A program made the translations under genes and the position numbers. Source: Candidatus Polarisedimenticolia bacterium (lineage in GTDB: Bacteria > Acidobacteriota > Polarisedimenticolia > JACPZX01 > DASXTC01). Taken from it: a DNA stretch of 64,000 bases. How positions within the stretch are numbered: position 1 is the first letter of the stretch; the number at the start of each line of letters is the position of its first letter. This document shows, piece after piece, positions 25,493 through 35,042 of this stretch. The notes beneath the pieces were generated by a model, which saw nothing but the letters and a program-made list of their open reading frames with translations, was not told where the DNA came from and did no database searches. Location: contig DATEEA010000180.1 of NCBI GenBank assembly GCA_035281445.1, forward strand, positions 4,909-68,908, given 5' to 3'.

Positions 25493-27504
25493 TCAGACCG
25501 CGCGGCCGGTCTCCGTCTTGCGGAGGATCGCCCGGACCCGGGAGGCGAGCTGCTCGAGGGAGAAGGGCTTCATGAGGCAGGCGGCGCCGGTGGCCTCCAG
25601 GAACGCGCGCCGCTCGGCCGGGGGCTCCCCCGAGGAGAGGAAGAGCAGCCGGTTCATGGCCTCGGGGCGCTCCGCGGCCAGCTCGCGCCAGAAGCGCTCT
25701 CCCGGCAGGTCGGGCATCCCCACGTCGGCCAGGATCAGATCGTAGGAGGCCGTCCTCGCCTTGCGCAGACCCTCATGCCCCGTGGCCGCGGTGTCGATGC
25801 GCTCGACCATCCCTTCGAAGAAGTCCGCCAGGAGCTCCACCACCACCGTCTCTGCGTCCACGATGAGCACGCGGCATCCGCGGGGGAGGGCCTCCTCGGA
25901 CTCGCCGGCCGGGCCGGACTCGTGCTGCCCGGCGCCGGCCAGAGGCAGGCCGAGGCGCAGCACGGCGCCGCCCCCCGGCCGCGAGGAGGCGGTCAGCGAT
26001 CCGGAGTGGGCTCGCACGATCCCGTAGGCGGCGGACAGACCCAGCCCTGCTCCCTGCCCCACGCGCCGCGTGGTGAAGAAGGGCTGGAAGACCTTGCCCA
26101 GGAGCTCCTCCGGGATCCCCGGGCCGTTGTCCGCCACCTCGATGACGGCGCGGTCCTCGCGCTCGAAGGTGGCGATGGTCACCAGGCGGCCGCCCCGGGC
26201 CTCGGCCAGCGCCTTGACGGCGTTGTCCAGCACGTGGTCCAAGGCCTGCGCGATCAGCGCGCGGTCGGCCATGACCTCTCCCAGGCGCGGGGCCAGGTCC
26301 AGCGAGAGCCGGGCCCCCGCCGCGCTCAGCGCGTCCCGGTGCGACGCGGTGACGTCGAGCACCACGGCGTTGAGGTCGAGCGGCTCCTTGCGAGGCCGCA
26401 CGCCGCGGGCGAACGACATCAGCTCTTCCACGATGGTGCGGCAGCGACGGGCTCCTTCCACGATCTGGCCGAGATCGGCCTGCATCCGGGCGTCGGGGTG
26501 CCGCTGCCTCAGGAGCTGGGCGTAGCCGAAGACGCTGGTGAGGGGGTTGTTGAGCTCGTGGGCCAGCCCCGACACCAGCAGTCCGATCGCCGAGAGCTTC
26601 TCGGACTGCGCCAGGCGCGCCCGCAGCGCCTCCCGATCCCGCTCGGCCTTCACCTTATCGGTGACGTCCTCCACCAGGAGGGTGAAGCCGGGCCGCCGGG
26701 CGGGAGCGCGCGCAAGCCCCTGTCCGGCCGCCTCCTTCATCGCCTGGCGCAGCGGCCGATCCTCGTCCTCCTCGGCGGCCAGCCGGTGCAGCTTGAGAAA
26801 GAGATCCCGCCCCCGGTGCGCCGCTTCCGAGGCGGCCAGGCTGGAGCCGGAAGCCAGCGTCTGGAACAGGGAGGCCACCTCGGCCGAGGCGCCCGGCAGG
26901 ACCTCCTCCAGCGTCAACGACAGGAGGTCGCTCTCGGAACGGCCGGCGATCCGCTCGAAGGGGTCGTTGACGGCCAGCAGCCGCCCGTCTTCCGACAGCT
27001 CCACGATCCCCTCCGAGAGGGAGTCCAGGATGGCCCGCTGGGTCCGGCGCTGCTGCAGGAGCTCCAGCACCACCTCCCGCCGGTACATCTTTTCGAATCC
27101 GTAGATGAGCGGGGCGTCCGAAGAGGCGCCGCCGAGCAGATCGGAGCTGATGGCCTTCAGCGCGGCGGCGATCTGGGCCAAGGGCATCTTGGCCACGTAG
27201 GCGTCGGCCCGGATCGACTCCACGTCCTGGATCTCGTCGGCCAGGATCCCGGACAGGATGATCACCTTGACGGGCGACAGCTCCGGCCGCGCCTTGATCA
27301 GGGCGCAGAGCTGGGCGCCGTCGATGCGGGGCATGATCAGATCGAGCACGAGGAGATCGGGGCGCCGCTGCCGGATCCGCTGCAGCGCCTCCATGCCATC
27401 GCGGGCGGTGCGGACCTCGAACCCCAGCTCGCGGTAGAGATCGCCGATCGACTGGAGATAGAAATCATTGTTGTCGGCGATGAGGACCGACGGGGTGGAG
27501 CCCA
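25493..27504 (-). CDS. Hybrid sensor histidine kinase/response regulator (REC-PAS-HisKA-HATPase_c-REC)
   Basis: GTG 27502-27504 preceded by 'ggagggga'. N-terminal REC ('VLIADNNDF...LVLDLIMPRIDG'). PAS. H-box '[24 protein letters not shown]'. N/G boxes 'DNGPGI', 'GQGAGLGLSAAYGIV'. C-terminal REC 'VLIVDAETVV...ILADVGMPDLPG'. The upstream 750 codons of the 1426-aa track ORF are Arg/Gly shadow. Confidence 0.8.
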
Positions 27505-27646
27505 CGCGTCTCCCCTCCGGGTGGGTTCGAGGCGGCGTCGAATATAGGCCTGCCCGGCCGGCAGTCAAGACGCCGGGAGCGTCGATCGCGCGAAAAGGGC
27601 CGTCCCGGGCCTTCTTTCGCGGTTGCGGTCCGGAGAAACGCTTCAC

Positions 27647-27652
27647 TATAAT
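27647..27652 (+). promoter_or_regulatory. Perfect TATAAT -10 element 10 nt upstream of the ASPIC/TPR gene ATG (near-leaderless transcript suggested)
   Basis: 'cttcacTATAATgcgcgccctATGact'. No SD. A TSS about 7 nt downstream of the -10 would fall 1-3 nt before the ATG. Confidence 0.35.
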
Positions 27653-27661
27653 GCGCGCCCT

Positions 27662-30600
27662 ATGACTCCCCGCCTTTCCGCAGCGCGCCGCGCGGCTCTG
27701 CTGGCGCCGGCCGCAGCCGCGGCCTTGGCTCTGCTCACCGCCGGCTCGCTTCCGGGCCAGAGCCCGCCCGGCCGGGCGGCGGACCGGACCGACGAGGTGA
27801 TCCGGCTCAACAACCTGGGGATCGCCTACCTGGCGCAGTACAAGCCGGCGGAAGCGGAAAAGCAGTTCCGGCAGGCCTTGGCCATCGATCCGCGCTACGT
27901 CCCGGGACACGTCAACGCCGGCATCGCCGCCCTGGCCCAGGTGCATTACGAGGACGCCATCGCCGCCTTCCGCAAGGCGCTGGAGCTCGATCCCGCCAGC
28001 ATCCACGCGCACTTCAACCTGTCCATGATCGGCAAGCTGCAGGGCAGGCCGGCCGAAGCGCTGGTGGAGGGGCAGAAGGCCCTCGCTCTCGACCCGCGCG
28101 ATCCCGACATCCGCTACCACGTGGGCAGCCTGCACGTGGCCCAGCGCGACTTCGACAAGGCGATCCAGGAGTTCGAAGCGGTGCTGCGGCTCGATCCCAA
28201 CTTCCTGTCCGCCTACTACAGCCTCGGGCGTGCCTACATATCCAAGGGGGACATGGAGAAGGGCAAGCAGTACATCGAGAAGCACCGTGAGCTGCAGGCC
28301 GGAGCCGGGGCCACCCCGGCCGTGGGGCTGCGCTACGGCGAGCAGGGGAAGTACTCCTTCGCCATGGAGGACCTGGGACCGGCGTCGGGGCTCGTCCCCC
28401 CCCTGGAGGCGGGCCGGGTCACGCTGGTGGACGTGAGCGCCGGCTCGGGGCTCTCCTTCGAGCACCAGGGCAGCGGAGGCTACGAGGCGCTGCGGCGCAA
28501 GGGCCTGAGCGGCGACGAGGCGCGCCGCTACCTGGAGGAGACGCTTTTGCCGGCGCTCGGGTCGGGGGTGGCGGTGGGGGACGTGGACGGCGACGGCCGG
28601 GAGGACCTCTTCTTTCCCAACGCCGGCGCGGACGGCAAGGCCCCCTCGGCGCTCTACCTGAACCAGGGGGGGATGCGCTTCGCCGCCGCCCCGGGCCGGC
28701 CCTCGATCGCCGCCACGTCGCTGTCCGCCGCCTTCGGCGACATGGACGGCGACGGCGATCTCGACCTGGTGGCCGGGTTGCTCGATCGGGTGGTGCTCCA
28801 CCTCAACGACGGCAAAGGGCGCTTCCGCGACGCGACCGAGGAGAGCCGGCTGGCCTCCGTGCGGGCCCAAGGGGCGCTCGGCGGGATCGTCCTGGCCGAC
28901 GTGGATCACGACGGGGATCTGGACATCCATGCCGCGGGACTGCTCTCGGCCCCGGCCTCCGGACAGGCGGGGCCGTTCCCGCAGGGATGGCCCGGGGCTC
29001 CCGGCCTGCTGCTGCTCAACACGGGCGGCCCCCCCAGCGACGGCGTGGCGCCGGCGCCCACCTTCGCCGAGAAAGGGAAAGCGTCCAGGCTGGATCACGG
29101 CGGACGCCGGGCCACGGGAGGGGTCTTCGGCGACTTCGACAACGACCGGGACATCGACCTGGCCCTCGCCTCCCCGGCCGACGGGTCCACCCTCTACTCC
29201 AACCTGCGCGACGGCACCTTCGGTGATCTGGGCAGGGCTTCGGGGCTCCCCACGGCGGCCTCCATCATCGGCCTGGCCTCGGGCGACTACAACAAGGACG
29301 GATGGATGGACCTGGCCGCCACCACCCTGGACGGCGGGCCCCCGAAGTTGTTCCGCAACATGCTCGGCCAGATACCGGGCGCTTCGTCGTCGGGAGGAGC
29401 GGGGCTGTTCGCCCTCGACGTGTCGGCGATCGCCGAGCTGACCACGCAGGTCGCCGTGCCTCGCTTCGGCGTGGCCTTCGCCGACGTGGACAACGACGGG
29501 TACCTCGACCTCCTCTCGGTGAACGGGGAGACGGAAGGCCCGGCGCTGTTCGTCTCCCGCAACAACGGCGAAGGGGGCTTCACCGACGCCGGGCCTCCGA
29601 CCGGCGCGGACGCCGTGCGCTCGCGCGGGGGGCGGGGCCTGGCGGTGGCGGACCTGGACCAGGACGGCGACCTGGACGTGGTGATCACCAACGCCGGGGG
29701 ACGCCCCACCCTGCTGCGCAACGACGGCGGGAACAAGGGGAACTGGATCCGGGTGGCCCCTTCGGGGCTCCACAGCAACCGTCCGGGGGTGGGGACCAAG
29801 ATCGAGGTCAAGGCGGGCCGGCTCTGGCAGAAGATCGAGGTGCAGGCCGGCTCAGGATACCTGTCGCAGAGCTCCCTCATCCCCCATTTCGGGCTGGGGC
29901 CGCGCGGGCACGTGGACACCCTCAGGCTGCTGTGGCCGGGAGGGGTGCTGCAGGACGAGGTGCAGGTGAAGGCGGGCGAGGTCTTCGCCGTGCAGGAGCT
30001 CGACCGCAAGGGCTCCTCCTGCCCCATCCTGTACGCCTGGAACGGCCGGGAGATGGCCTTCGTCTCCGACTTCCTGGGCGGGGCGGCGCTGGGGTACCGC
30101 ACCGGGTCGGGCGCCTTCAATCATCCCGACACCGACGAGTACGTTCCCATCGAAGGGAGCCGGCTGAGGGAGAAGGACGGACGGCTCGAGATCCGGATGG
30201 TCAACCAGCTGGAGGAGACCATCTTCTTCGACCGGGCGCGCCTGCTGGCGGTGGATCACCCGGCCGACACCGAGGTCCTCCCCGACGAGAAGCTGCTGCC
30301 GGGTCCTCCCTTCCAGCCGTTCAGGACGTTCTCCATACGGGGAGCGCGTCCCCCGGCGGCGGCCCTGGACGACGCCGGGAGGGACGTCCTCGACGTGGTC
30401 TCGGCGCGCGACCGCCGCTACGCCGGGCCGGCAGGCCGGCCGGCGCAGGACGGAGGACGGAGGTTCCGCGGCTACGCCGAGGAACACCGCCTCACGCTCG
30501 ATCTCGGGCCCCTGCCGGACGGCGGGCCGGCGCTCCTGGTGCTCTACGGATGGATCGACTACGCCGACTCCACCAGCAACGTGGCCGCGTCGCAGGCCGG

Positions 30601-31372
30601 GCTGACCCTGACCCCGCCCTATCTGGAGGCTTTGGACGAGTCGGATCGGTCCGGCCCCGACGTCGTGGCCACCCCCTCCGGCACGCGGCGTGGGCGCTGG
30701 GTGCGGCCTCTCCCCTCCATCGGCTTTCCCGGCGGCCTGCCCAAGGCCATGACCGTCGATCTGACCGGCAGGCTCCCCGCCGGGACCAGGCTGGTCCGCA
30801 TCGGCACCAGCATGCGGATCTTCTGGGACGAGGTGCGGGTGGCTGACGCCTGGGGCCCGCCGCCGGTCCTGACCGCGGTGGAGGCGTCGAGCGCCGTGCT
30901 GCGCTTCCGCGGGTTCCCCGCCCTGCGGCTCCCGGATGGGCAGCGCCCCGAGGAGTACGACTACGCGCGCGATGAGCCGTCGGTGCACTGGAAGGGGCAC
31001 GTGGGTCTGTTCACCCGCCACGGCGACGTGCGCGAGCTTTTGGCGGCGGTGGACGACCGGTACGTCATCACCCGGCCCGGCGACGAGGTGGCGGCCGTCT
31101 TCCCGGCCGCGTCCCTGCCGCCTCTGCCGCCGGGGTGGCGGCGGGACTACCTGCTGCACGCCGACGGCTTCGGCAAGGACATGGACGTCCACTCGGCGCG
31201 TCCCGACGGCGTCTTCCCGCTCCCCTGGCACGCCATGAGCGCCTACCCGCCTCCGGCCGGCGAGGGCTTCCCCTTCGAGCGGGAAGGGATGATGGAGTGG
31301 TTCGATCTCTACAACACCAGGGCGGTGACGGCCCCCCTCGCCCCTCTGTCTCCGCCCTCCCGCTCCCGCTGA
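27662..31372 (+). CDS. TPR / FG-GAP (VCBS) repeat / ASPIC-UnbV domain protein (CRTAC1-like)
   Basis: ATG 27662, signal peptide 'MTPRLSAARRAALLAPAAAAALALL'. N-terminal TPRs. Repeated 'GDVDGDGREDL', 'GDMDGDGDLDL', 'ADVDNDGYLDL', 'ADLDQDGDLDV' FG-GAP-like Ca-binding loops. ASPIC/UnbV 'GSGYLSQSS...HFGLG...VDTLRLLWPGG'. The track TTG at 27623 is less likely. Confidence 0.8.
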   Translation: MTPRLSAARRAALLAPAAAAALALLTAGSLPGQSPPGRAADRTDEVIRLNNLGIAYLAQYKPAEAEKQFRQALAIDPRYVPGHVNAGIAALAQVHYEDAIAAFRKALELDPASIHAHFNLSMIGKLQGRPAEALVEGQKALALDPRDPDIRYHVGSLHVAQRDFDKAIQEFEAVLRLDPNFLSAYYSLGRAYISKGDMEKGKQYIEKHRELQAGAGATPAVGLRYGEQGKYSFAMEDLGPASGLVPPLEAGRVTLVDVSAGSGLSFEHQGSGGYEALRRKGLSGDEARRYLEETLLPALGSGVAVGDVDGDGREDLFFPNAGADGKAPSALYLNQGGMRFAAAPGRPSIAATSLSAAFGDMDGDGDLDLVAGLLDRVVLHLNDGKGRFRDATEESRLASVRAQGALGGIVLADVDHDGDLDIHAAGLLSAPASGQAGPFPQGWPGAPGLLLLNTGGPPSDGVAPAPTFAEKGKASRLDHGGRRATGGVFGDFDNDRDIDLALASPADGSTLYSNLRDGTFGDLGRASGLPTAASIIGLASGDYNKDGWMDLAATTLDGGPPKLFRNMLGQIPGASSSGGAGLFALDVSAIAELTTQVAVPRFGVAFADVDNDGYLDLLSVNGETEGPALFVSRNNGEGGFTDAGPPTGADAVRSRGGRGLAVADLDQDGDLDVVITNAGGRPTLLRNDGGNKGNWIRVAPSGLHSNRPGVGTKIEVKAGRLWQKIEVQAGSGYLSQSSLIPHFGLGPRGHVDTLRLLWPGGVLQDEVQVKAGEVFAVQELDRKGSSCPILYAWNGREMAFVSDFLGGAALGYRTGSGAFNHPDTDEYVPIEGSRLREKDGRLEIRMVNQLEETIFFDRARLLAVDHPADTEVLPDEKLLPGPPFQPFRTFSIRGARPPAAALDDAGRDVLDVVSARDRRYAGPAGRPAQDGGRRFRGYAEEHRLTLDLGPLPDGGPALLVLYGWIDYADSTSNVAASQAGLTLTPPYLEALDESDRSGPDVVATPSGTRRGRWVRPLPSIGFPGGLPKAMTVDLTGRLPAGTRLVRIGTSMRIFWDEVRVADAWGPPPVLTAVEASSAVLRFRGFPALRLPDGQRPEEYDYARDEPSVHWKGHVGLFTRHGDVRELLAAVDDRYVITRPGDEVAAVFPAASLPPLPPGWRRDYLLHADGFGKDMDVHSARPDGVFPLPWHAMSAYPPPAGEGFPFEREGMMEWFDLYNTRAVTAPLAPLSPPSRSR

Positions 31373-31391
31373 GGCCCGCGCCGGGGGCGGC

Positions 31392-33062
31392 TCACCCTTG
31401 CCTGCGGAGGATCCGCCCCGAGGGGCGCGCCCCCGGCGGCGGCTCTCCCGAGGCGCAGGCCACCTCGCCGTTCACCAGCACCCAGCGGATCCCGGAGGCC
31501 GGGCGCCGGGGAGCGGCGCAGGTCGCCTCCGAGCCGATCGTCTCCGCGTCGAACACCACCAGATCCGCCCAGGCCCCCCGCCGAACCACTCCCCGATCGT
31601 GCAGTCCGAGGAGTCCCGCCGGGCGTCCGGTCATCTTGTGCACGGCCTCCTGCAGCGACAGCACCCGCCGCTCCCGCACGTAGCGGCCCAGCACGCGGGG
31701 GAAGGCCCCGTAGGCGGCGGGGTGCGGCCTCCCCCTGCCGTAGTCGTTGGCGTCGGTGCAGACGGCGGCCTGGCCGTGGGCCAGGATCGCCTCCAGCCCC
31801 CCCTCGCTCCCCTCCTCTCCCGAAATCCCGTGGATGATCTGCGAGACCTTCCCTCGCTCCTCGAGCATCAGATCGCAGACGGCGTCGAAGGGGGACGCCC
31901 CGCGCGCGCGTCCCAGCTCGACAAGGCTCATCCCCTCGTAGCGCCGCCCCTGGGAGGACACGACGCTGCCCACGGTGATGGCGTCCCAGCCCACGGCCCG
32001 CACCAGGTTGTGCGGCCAGCCTCCAGGAGTCCAGGGCGGCCAGGACGGGACCACCGACTCGATCGACTCGCGGATCGCCGCCCGTCCCGCCGGGTCTGCC
32101 AGCCGCTGCAAGAGCCTCCCCACCCCGCCTTCCAGCGCCCAGGGTGGGTAGATGGCCAGCATCATGGTGGCCGCGGCCGTGTAGGGGAACATGTCGTGGG
32201 CGACGGCCACCCCCTGCGCGCGCGCGGCGTCCTCCATCTCCAGGACCTGCCCGATCTTGGGCCAGTGCTCGCGTCCCACCGCCTCGCAGTGGGAGTGCTG
32301 CACCCGCGCGCCGCTCCGGCGTCCCAGCGCGATCAGCTCCCGCACCGCCGGCAGGAGGGTCTCGCTGGAGCCGCGGATGTGGCTGGCCACCAGTCCGCCG
32401 CCTCCACGGCGCGCCACGATCCCCGCCAGCTCGGCCAGCTCGGCGGTGGGGGCGAACAGCCCGGGAGGATAGATGAGGCCCGTGCTGAGACCGAAGGCGC
32501 CGGCGTCCATCGCCTCCTCCAGGGCGCGGCGCATCGCCGCGCGCGCGGCCGGCCCCGCCCGGCGCTCCAGCCCGGCGGCGGCCACGCGCAGCGGCCCATG
32601 GGCCTGGAGCGACCCCACGTTGATCCAGGTCCCCTGCCCCTCCAGCCTCGCCAGGTACGACCCCAGATCCTTCCACGCCCCGTCCGGCCACCCCGCGGCC
32701 GCTCCGGGAGTCATCCATTCCACCACGGCGCGCAGCAGCGGCAGCGCCGGCTCCGGGCAGGGAGCCACTCCCAGCCCGCAATTGCCGACGATCTCGGTGG
32801 TGATCCCCTGCGCCAGCCGGCCGGCCACGAGCGGGCGCTGCGCTTCCGGAGGCAGCGGGTGGATCAGATCCCCGTGGGAGTGGAGATCGATGAAGCCCGG
32901 AGCCACCACCAGCCCGGAGGCCTCGAGGATGGTCCCGGCCGGAGCGGGAAGCCTCGCGCCGGCCTCGGCCACACGCCCCCCCTCGACCAGGACGTCGGCC
33001 GGCCTGGGAGGGTCGCCGGTGCCGTCGCAGAGGAGGCCGCCGCGGATCAGCAGGCGCGGCAT
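31392..33062 (-). CDS. N-acyl-D-amino-acid deacylase (D-aminoacylase), amidohydrolase superfamily
   Basis: 556 aa. 'PGFIDLHSHGD' metal-binding HxH. 'GITTEIVGNCG'. 'VCTDANDYG'. Typical D-aminoacylase length and motifs. Confidence 0.8.
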   Translation of the reverse strand: MPRLLIRGGLLCDGTGDPPRPADVLVEGGRVAEAGARLPAPAGTILEASGLVVAPGFIDLHSHGDLIHPLPPEAQRPLVAGRLAQGITTEIVGNCGLGVAPCPEPALPLLRAVVEWMTPGAAAGWPDGAWKDLGSYLARLEGQGTWINVGSLQAHGPLRVAAAGLERRAGPAARAAMRRALEEAMDAGAFGLSTGLIYPPGLFAPTAELAELAGIVARRGGGGLVASHIRGSSETLLPAVRELIALGRRSGARVQHSHCEAVGREHWPKIGQVLEMEDAARAQGVAVAHDMFPYTAAATMMLAIYPPWALEGGVGRLLQRLADPAGRAAIRESIESVVPSWPPWTPGGWPHNLVRAVGWDAITVGSVVSSQGRRYEGMSLVELGRARGASPFDAVCDLMLEERGKVSQIIHGISGEEGSEGGLEAILAHGQAAVCTDANDYGRGRPHPAAYGAFPRVLGRYVRERRVLSLQEAVHKMTGRPAGLLGLHDRGVVRRGAWADLVVFDAETIGSEATCAAPRRPASGIRWVLVNGEVACASGEPPPGARPSGRILRRQG

Positions 33063-33078
33063 CGGCCGGGGCGGCGGA

Positions 33079-33243
33079 TCAGGACTTCTTGGAGGTGACC
33101 GCGTAGACCGAGGCGTACTGCTGCTCGACCTTCCTGCTGCTGCACTTGGGGCACTTGATATTGCCCCGCGTGCGCTGGTTCACGGTCAGAGTCAGGGTGA
33201 ACCGCTTCTTGCACTCCTCGCACCGGAAGTCGTACACGGGCAT
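33079..33243 (-). CDS. FmdB family zinc-ribbon protein (small, 54 aa)
   Basis: Not in the supplied ORF track. Reverse-strand translation is 'MPVYDFRCEECKKRFTLTLTVNQRTRGNIKCPKCSSRKVEQQYASVYAVTSKKS'. CxxC...CxxC, and 'YDFRCEEC' matches the FmdB 'YEYRCE.CG' N-terminus. 'ggagg' lies 9 nt upstream of the ATG. Coordinates from line indexing, so may be off by 1. Confidence 0.7.
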   Translation of the reverse strand: MPVYDFRCEECKKRFTLTLTVNQRTRGNIKCPKCSSRKVEQQYASVYAVTSKKS

Positions 33244-33267
33244 GGGAGGGAACCTCCATGGAAATCG

Positions 33268-33975
33268 TCAGGATGAGGCTGATTCTAACGCAGGCCCGGG
33301 AAGCAAGTCGAGCAGCGATGCGAACGTGGGGAGCACGGCGTCGGCGCCGGCGCGCTCCAGATCGGCCCGGCTGCACGATCCGGTGGGGAGCACCGCCACG
33401 CGGAGTCCCGCGGCGCGGGCGGTCAGCACGTCCACTTCCATGTCGCCGACGTACAGCGCGTGCGCGGCCGGGAGGCCGATCGACGCCAGCAGGGCGTGCA
33501 CCATCTCGGGGTGCGGCTTGTGATGAGTCACCCGGTCCGGCCCGTAGACCGAGGACATGAGGTCCCCCACCCCCAGGGCGTCCAGGATGCGTCGCGCGAA
33601 GTAGGAGGGCTTGTTGGTGGCCACCCCCATCCGGTAGCCGCGAGCGTGCAGGCCGGCCAGGGTCACGGCCACGCCCGGGAGAAGCGTCGTGCGCGGCACG
33701 CAGACGGCGTCGTAGCGCGCGCGGAATGCGGCCACCGCCCGGGCCACGTCGGCGGGCGACGCGGCGGCCCCTTCGGGGGGATCCAGGGCCCGCGCGATGA
33801 GCGTCTCCAGGCCCCGTCCCACCATCGAGCGCACCGCTGCGGGCGGCAGGGCGGGGCGCCCCAGCGTCTCCAGCGCCGCGTTGAGGCTCTCGGCGATGGC
33901 CTCGTACGAATCGATCAGGGTGCCGTCCAGATCGAACACGATCCCCCGCACCCCGTCGCGCAGCGTCCCGGTCAT
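33268..33975 (-). CDS. HAD-superfamily phosphatase (phosphoglycolate phosphatase-like)
   Basis: Internal ATG 33973-33975 gives 'MTGTLRDGVRGIVFDLDGTLIDS' (motif I). 'ATNKP' motif II. 'YVGDMEVDVLTARAAG' motif III. Overlaps the rluD-like stop (ATGA). The 161-aa Gly/Arg extension is rejected. Confidence 0.8.
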   Translation of the reverse strand: MTGTLRDGVRGIVFDLDGTLIDSYEAIAESLNAALETLGRPALPPAAVRSMVGRGLETLIARALDPPEGAAASPADVARAVAAFRARYDAVCVPRTTLLPGVAVTLAGLHARGYRMGVATNKPSYFARRILDALGVGDLMSSVYGPDRVTHHKPHPEMVHALLASIGLPAAHALYVGDMEVDVLTARAAGLRVAVLPTGSCSRADLERAGADAVLPTFASLLDLLPGPALESASS

Positions 33976-35018
33976 CCCGCGGAGACCTCCGCCGCCGCGC
34001 GCTCGGCCGCCCGGCTCATCCCGGCGCGATCCAGGAACTCCGCCATGTCGGCGGGAATCGGCGCCGAGGCCTCCACCGCCTTGCCGCCGGCGGGATGCTC
34101 CAGCCGCAGCCACGCGGCGTGCAGCATGTGCCTCTCCGTCAGGAGCTCCCGCCGCATCCGCTCGTCGAAGCCTTCCTGGATGAAGCGCAGGTAGTGCGAC
34201 TCGGCCGGACCGTAGAGCTTGTCCCCGACCACCGGATGGCCAAGCTCCGACAGGTGCACGCGGATCTGGTGCCGCCGGCCGGTCAGCAGGCGCACCGTCA
34301 GCAGCGTGAACCCTCCCCCGCGGGCCTCGACCTGGTACTCGGTGCGGGCGGGGCGTCCGGAGCCGTGGTCCACTCCCCGCTTCACGTAGACCGCCGAGCG
34401 CGGCGCCTTCCCGATGGGGAGGTCCACAACCCCTCCCCCCGGAGGCATCTCCCCCCACACCACGGCCAGGTACCGCTTCCGCGCAGGGGCCGCGCCGGGG
34501 ACGGCGCGCGCCATCTGCGCCGCCACGGCGCGGGCGGCGGCCGCGGATCGGGCCACGGCCATCACCCCCGAGGTCTCCCGGTCGAGACGGTGCGCCAGGT
34601 GGATCGGCCCGCCGATCCGCCTCCCCAGCAGGTAGGTGACGCTCCGCTTGGAGGCGTGCCTCGAGGGATGCGACAGGATCCCGGCCGGCTTGTCCACCAT
34701 CACCAGATGATCGTCCTGATGGAGGATGGCGAGCTCGAGATCCGGCTCGTCCTCGTCCGGAGGGACGGCGCGCCGCACGATGACGGTGTCGCCCGGCCTC
34801 AGCCTGGTCGCGGGCCTGGCCGCGCCGTGTCCGGGGGCCTCCACCCGCCCGGCGATCGCCTCCTGGATCCTACGGCGGGAGAGCTTGGGGATCCGCTGCT
34901 GGAGGAAGCGATCCAGCCGGATCCAGGGATCGCGATCCCCCACCACGTAGACGGCCGTGCCGTCCTTTAGACGGCGGCAGGCCTTCACCGCCCACGATCC
35001 TCCGGCGTCGTCGCTCAT
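33972..35018 (-). CDS. RluA family 23S rRNA pseudouridine synthase (RluD/RluC-type, N-terminal S4 domain)
   Basis: Start 'MSDDAGGSW' (ATG 35016-35018). S4-like 'RLDRFLQQRIPKLSRRRIQEAI'. Catalytic 'HRLDRETSGVMAVA'. 'GRRHQIRVHL'. The upstream 343 codons of the 691-aa track ORF are shadow. Confidence 0.85.
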   Translation of the reverse strand: MSDDAGGSWAVKACRRLKDGTAVYVVGDRDPWIRLDRFLQQRIPKLSRRRIQEAIAGRVEAPGHGAARPATRLRPGDTVIVRRAVPPDEDEPDLELAILHQDDHLVMVDKPAGILSHPSRHASKRSVTYLLGRRIGGPIHLAHRLDRETSGVMAVARSAAAARAVAAQMARAVPGAAPARKRYLAVVWGEMPPGGGVVDLPIGKAPRSAVYVKRGVDHGSGRPARTEYQVEARGGGFTLLTVRLLTGRRHQIRVHLSELGHPVVGDKLYGPAESHYLRFIQEGFDERMRRELLTERHMLHAAWLRLEHPAGGKAVEASAPIPADMAEFLDRAGMSRAAERAAAEVSAG

Positions 35019-35042
35019 CCCGGCCGGGATTATACTGACGCC

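Noticed and set aside
25343-27547. 734-aa plus-strand ORF antisense to the hybrid kinase; also 27505-29773 portion of the 1426-aa minus ORF and 29852-31231 (-), 29302-30846 (+)
   Set aside because: Gly/Arg/Pro-rich shadows of the kinase and ASPIC genes.
31309-33098. ORFs 31309-32781 (-), 31398-33098 (+), 32473-33276 (+), 33047-33376 (-) around the D-aminoacylase / FmdB locus
   Set aside because: Alternative-frame or antisense artefacts. The true small gene here is the FmdB zinc-ribbon in a different frame.
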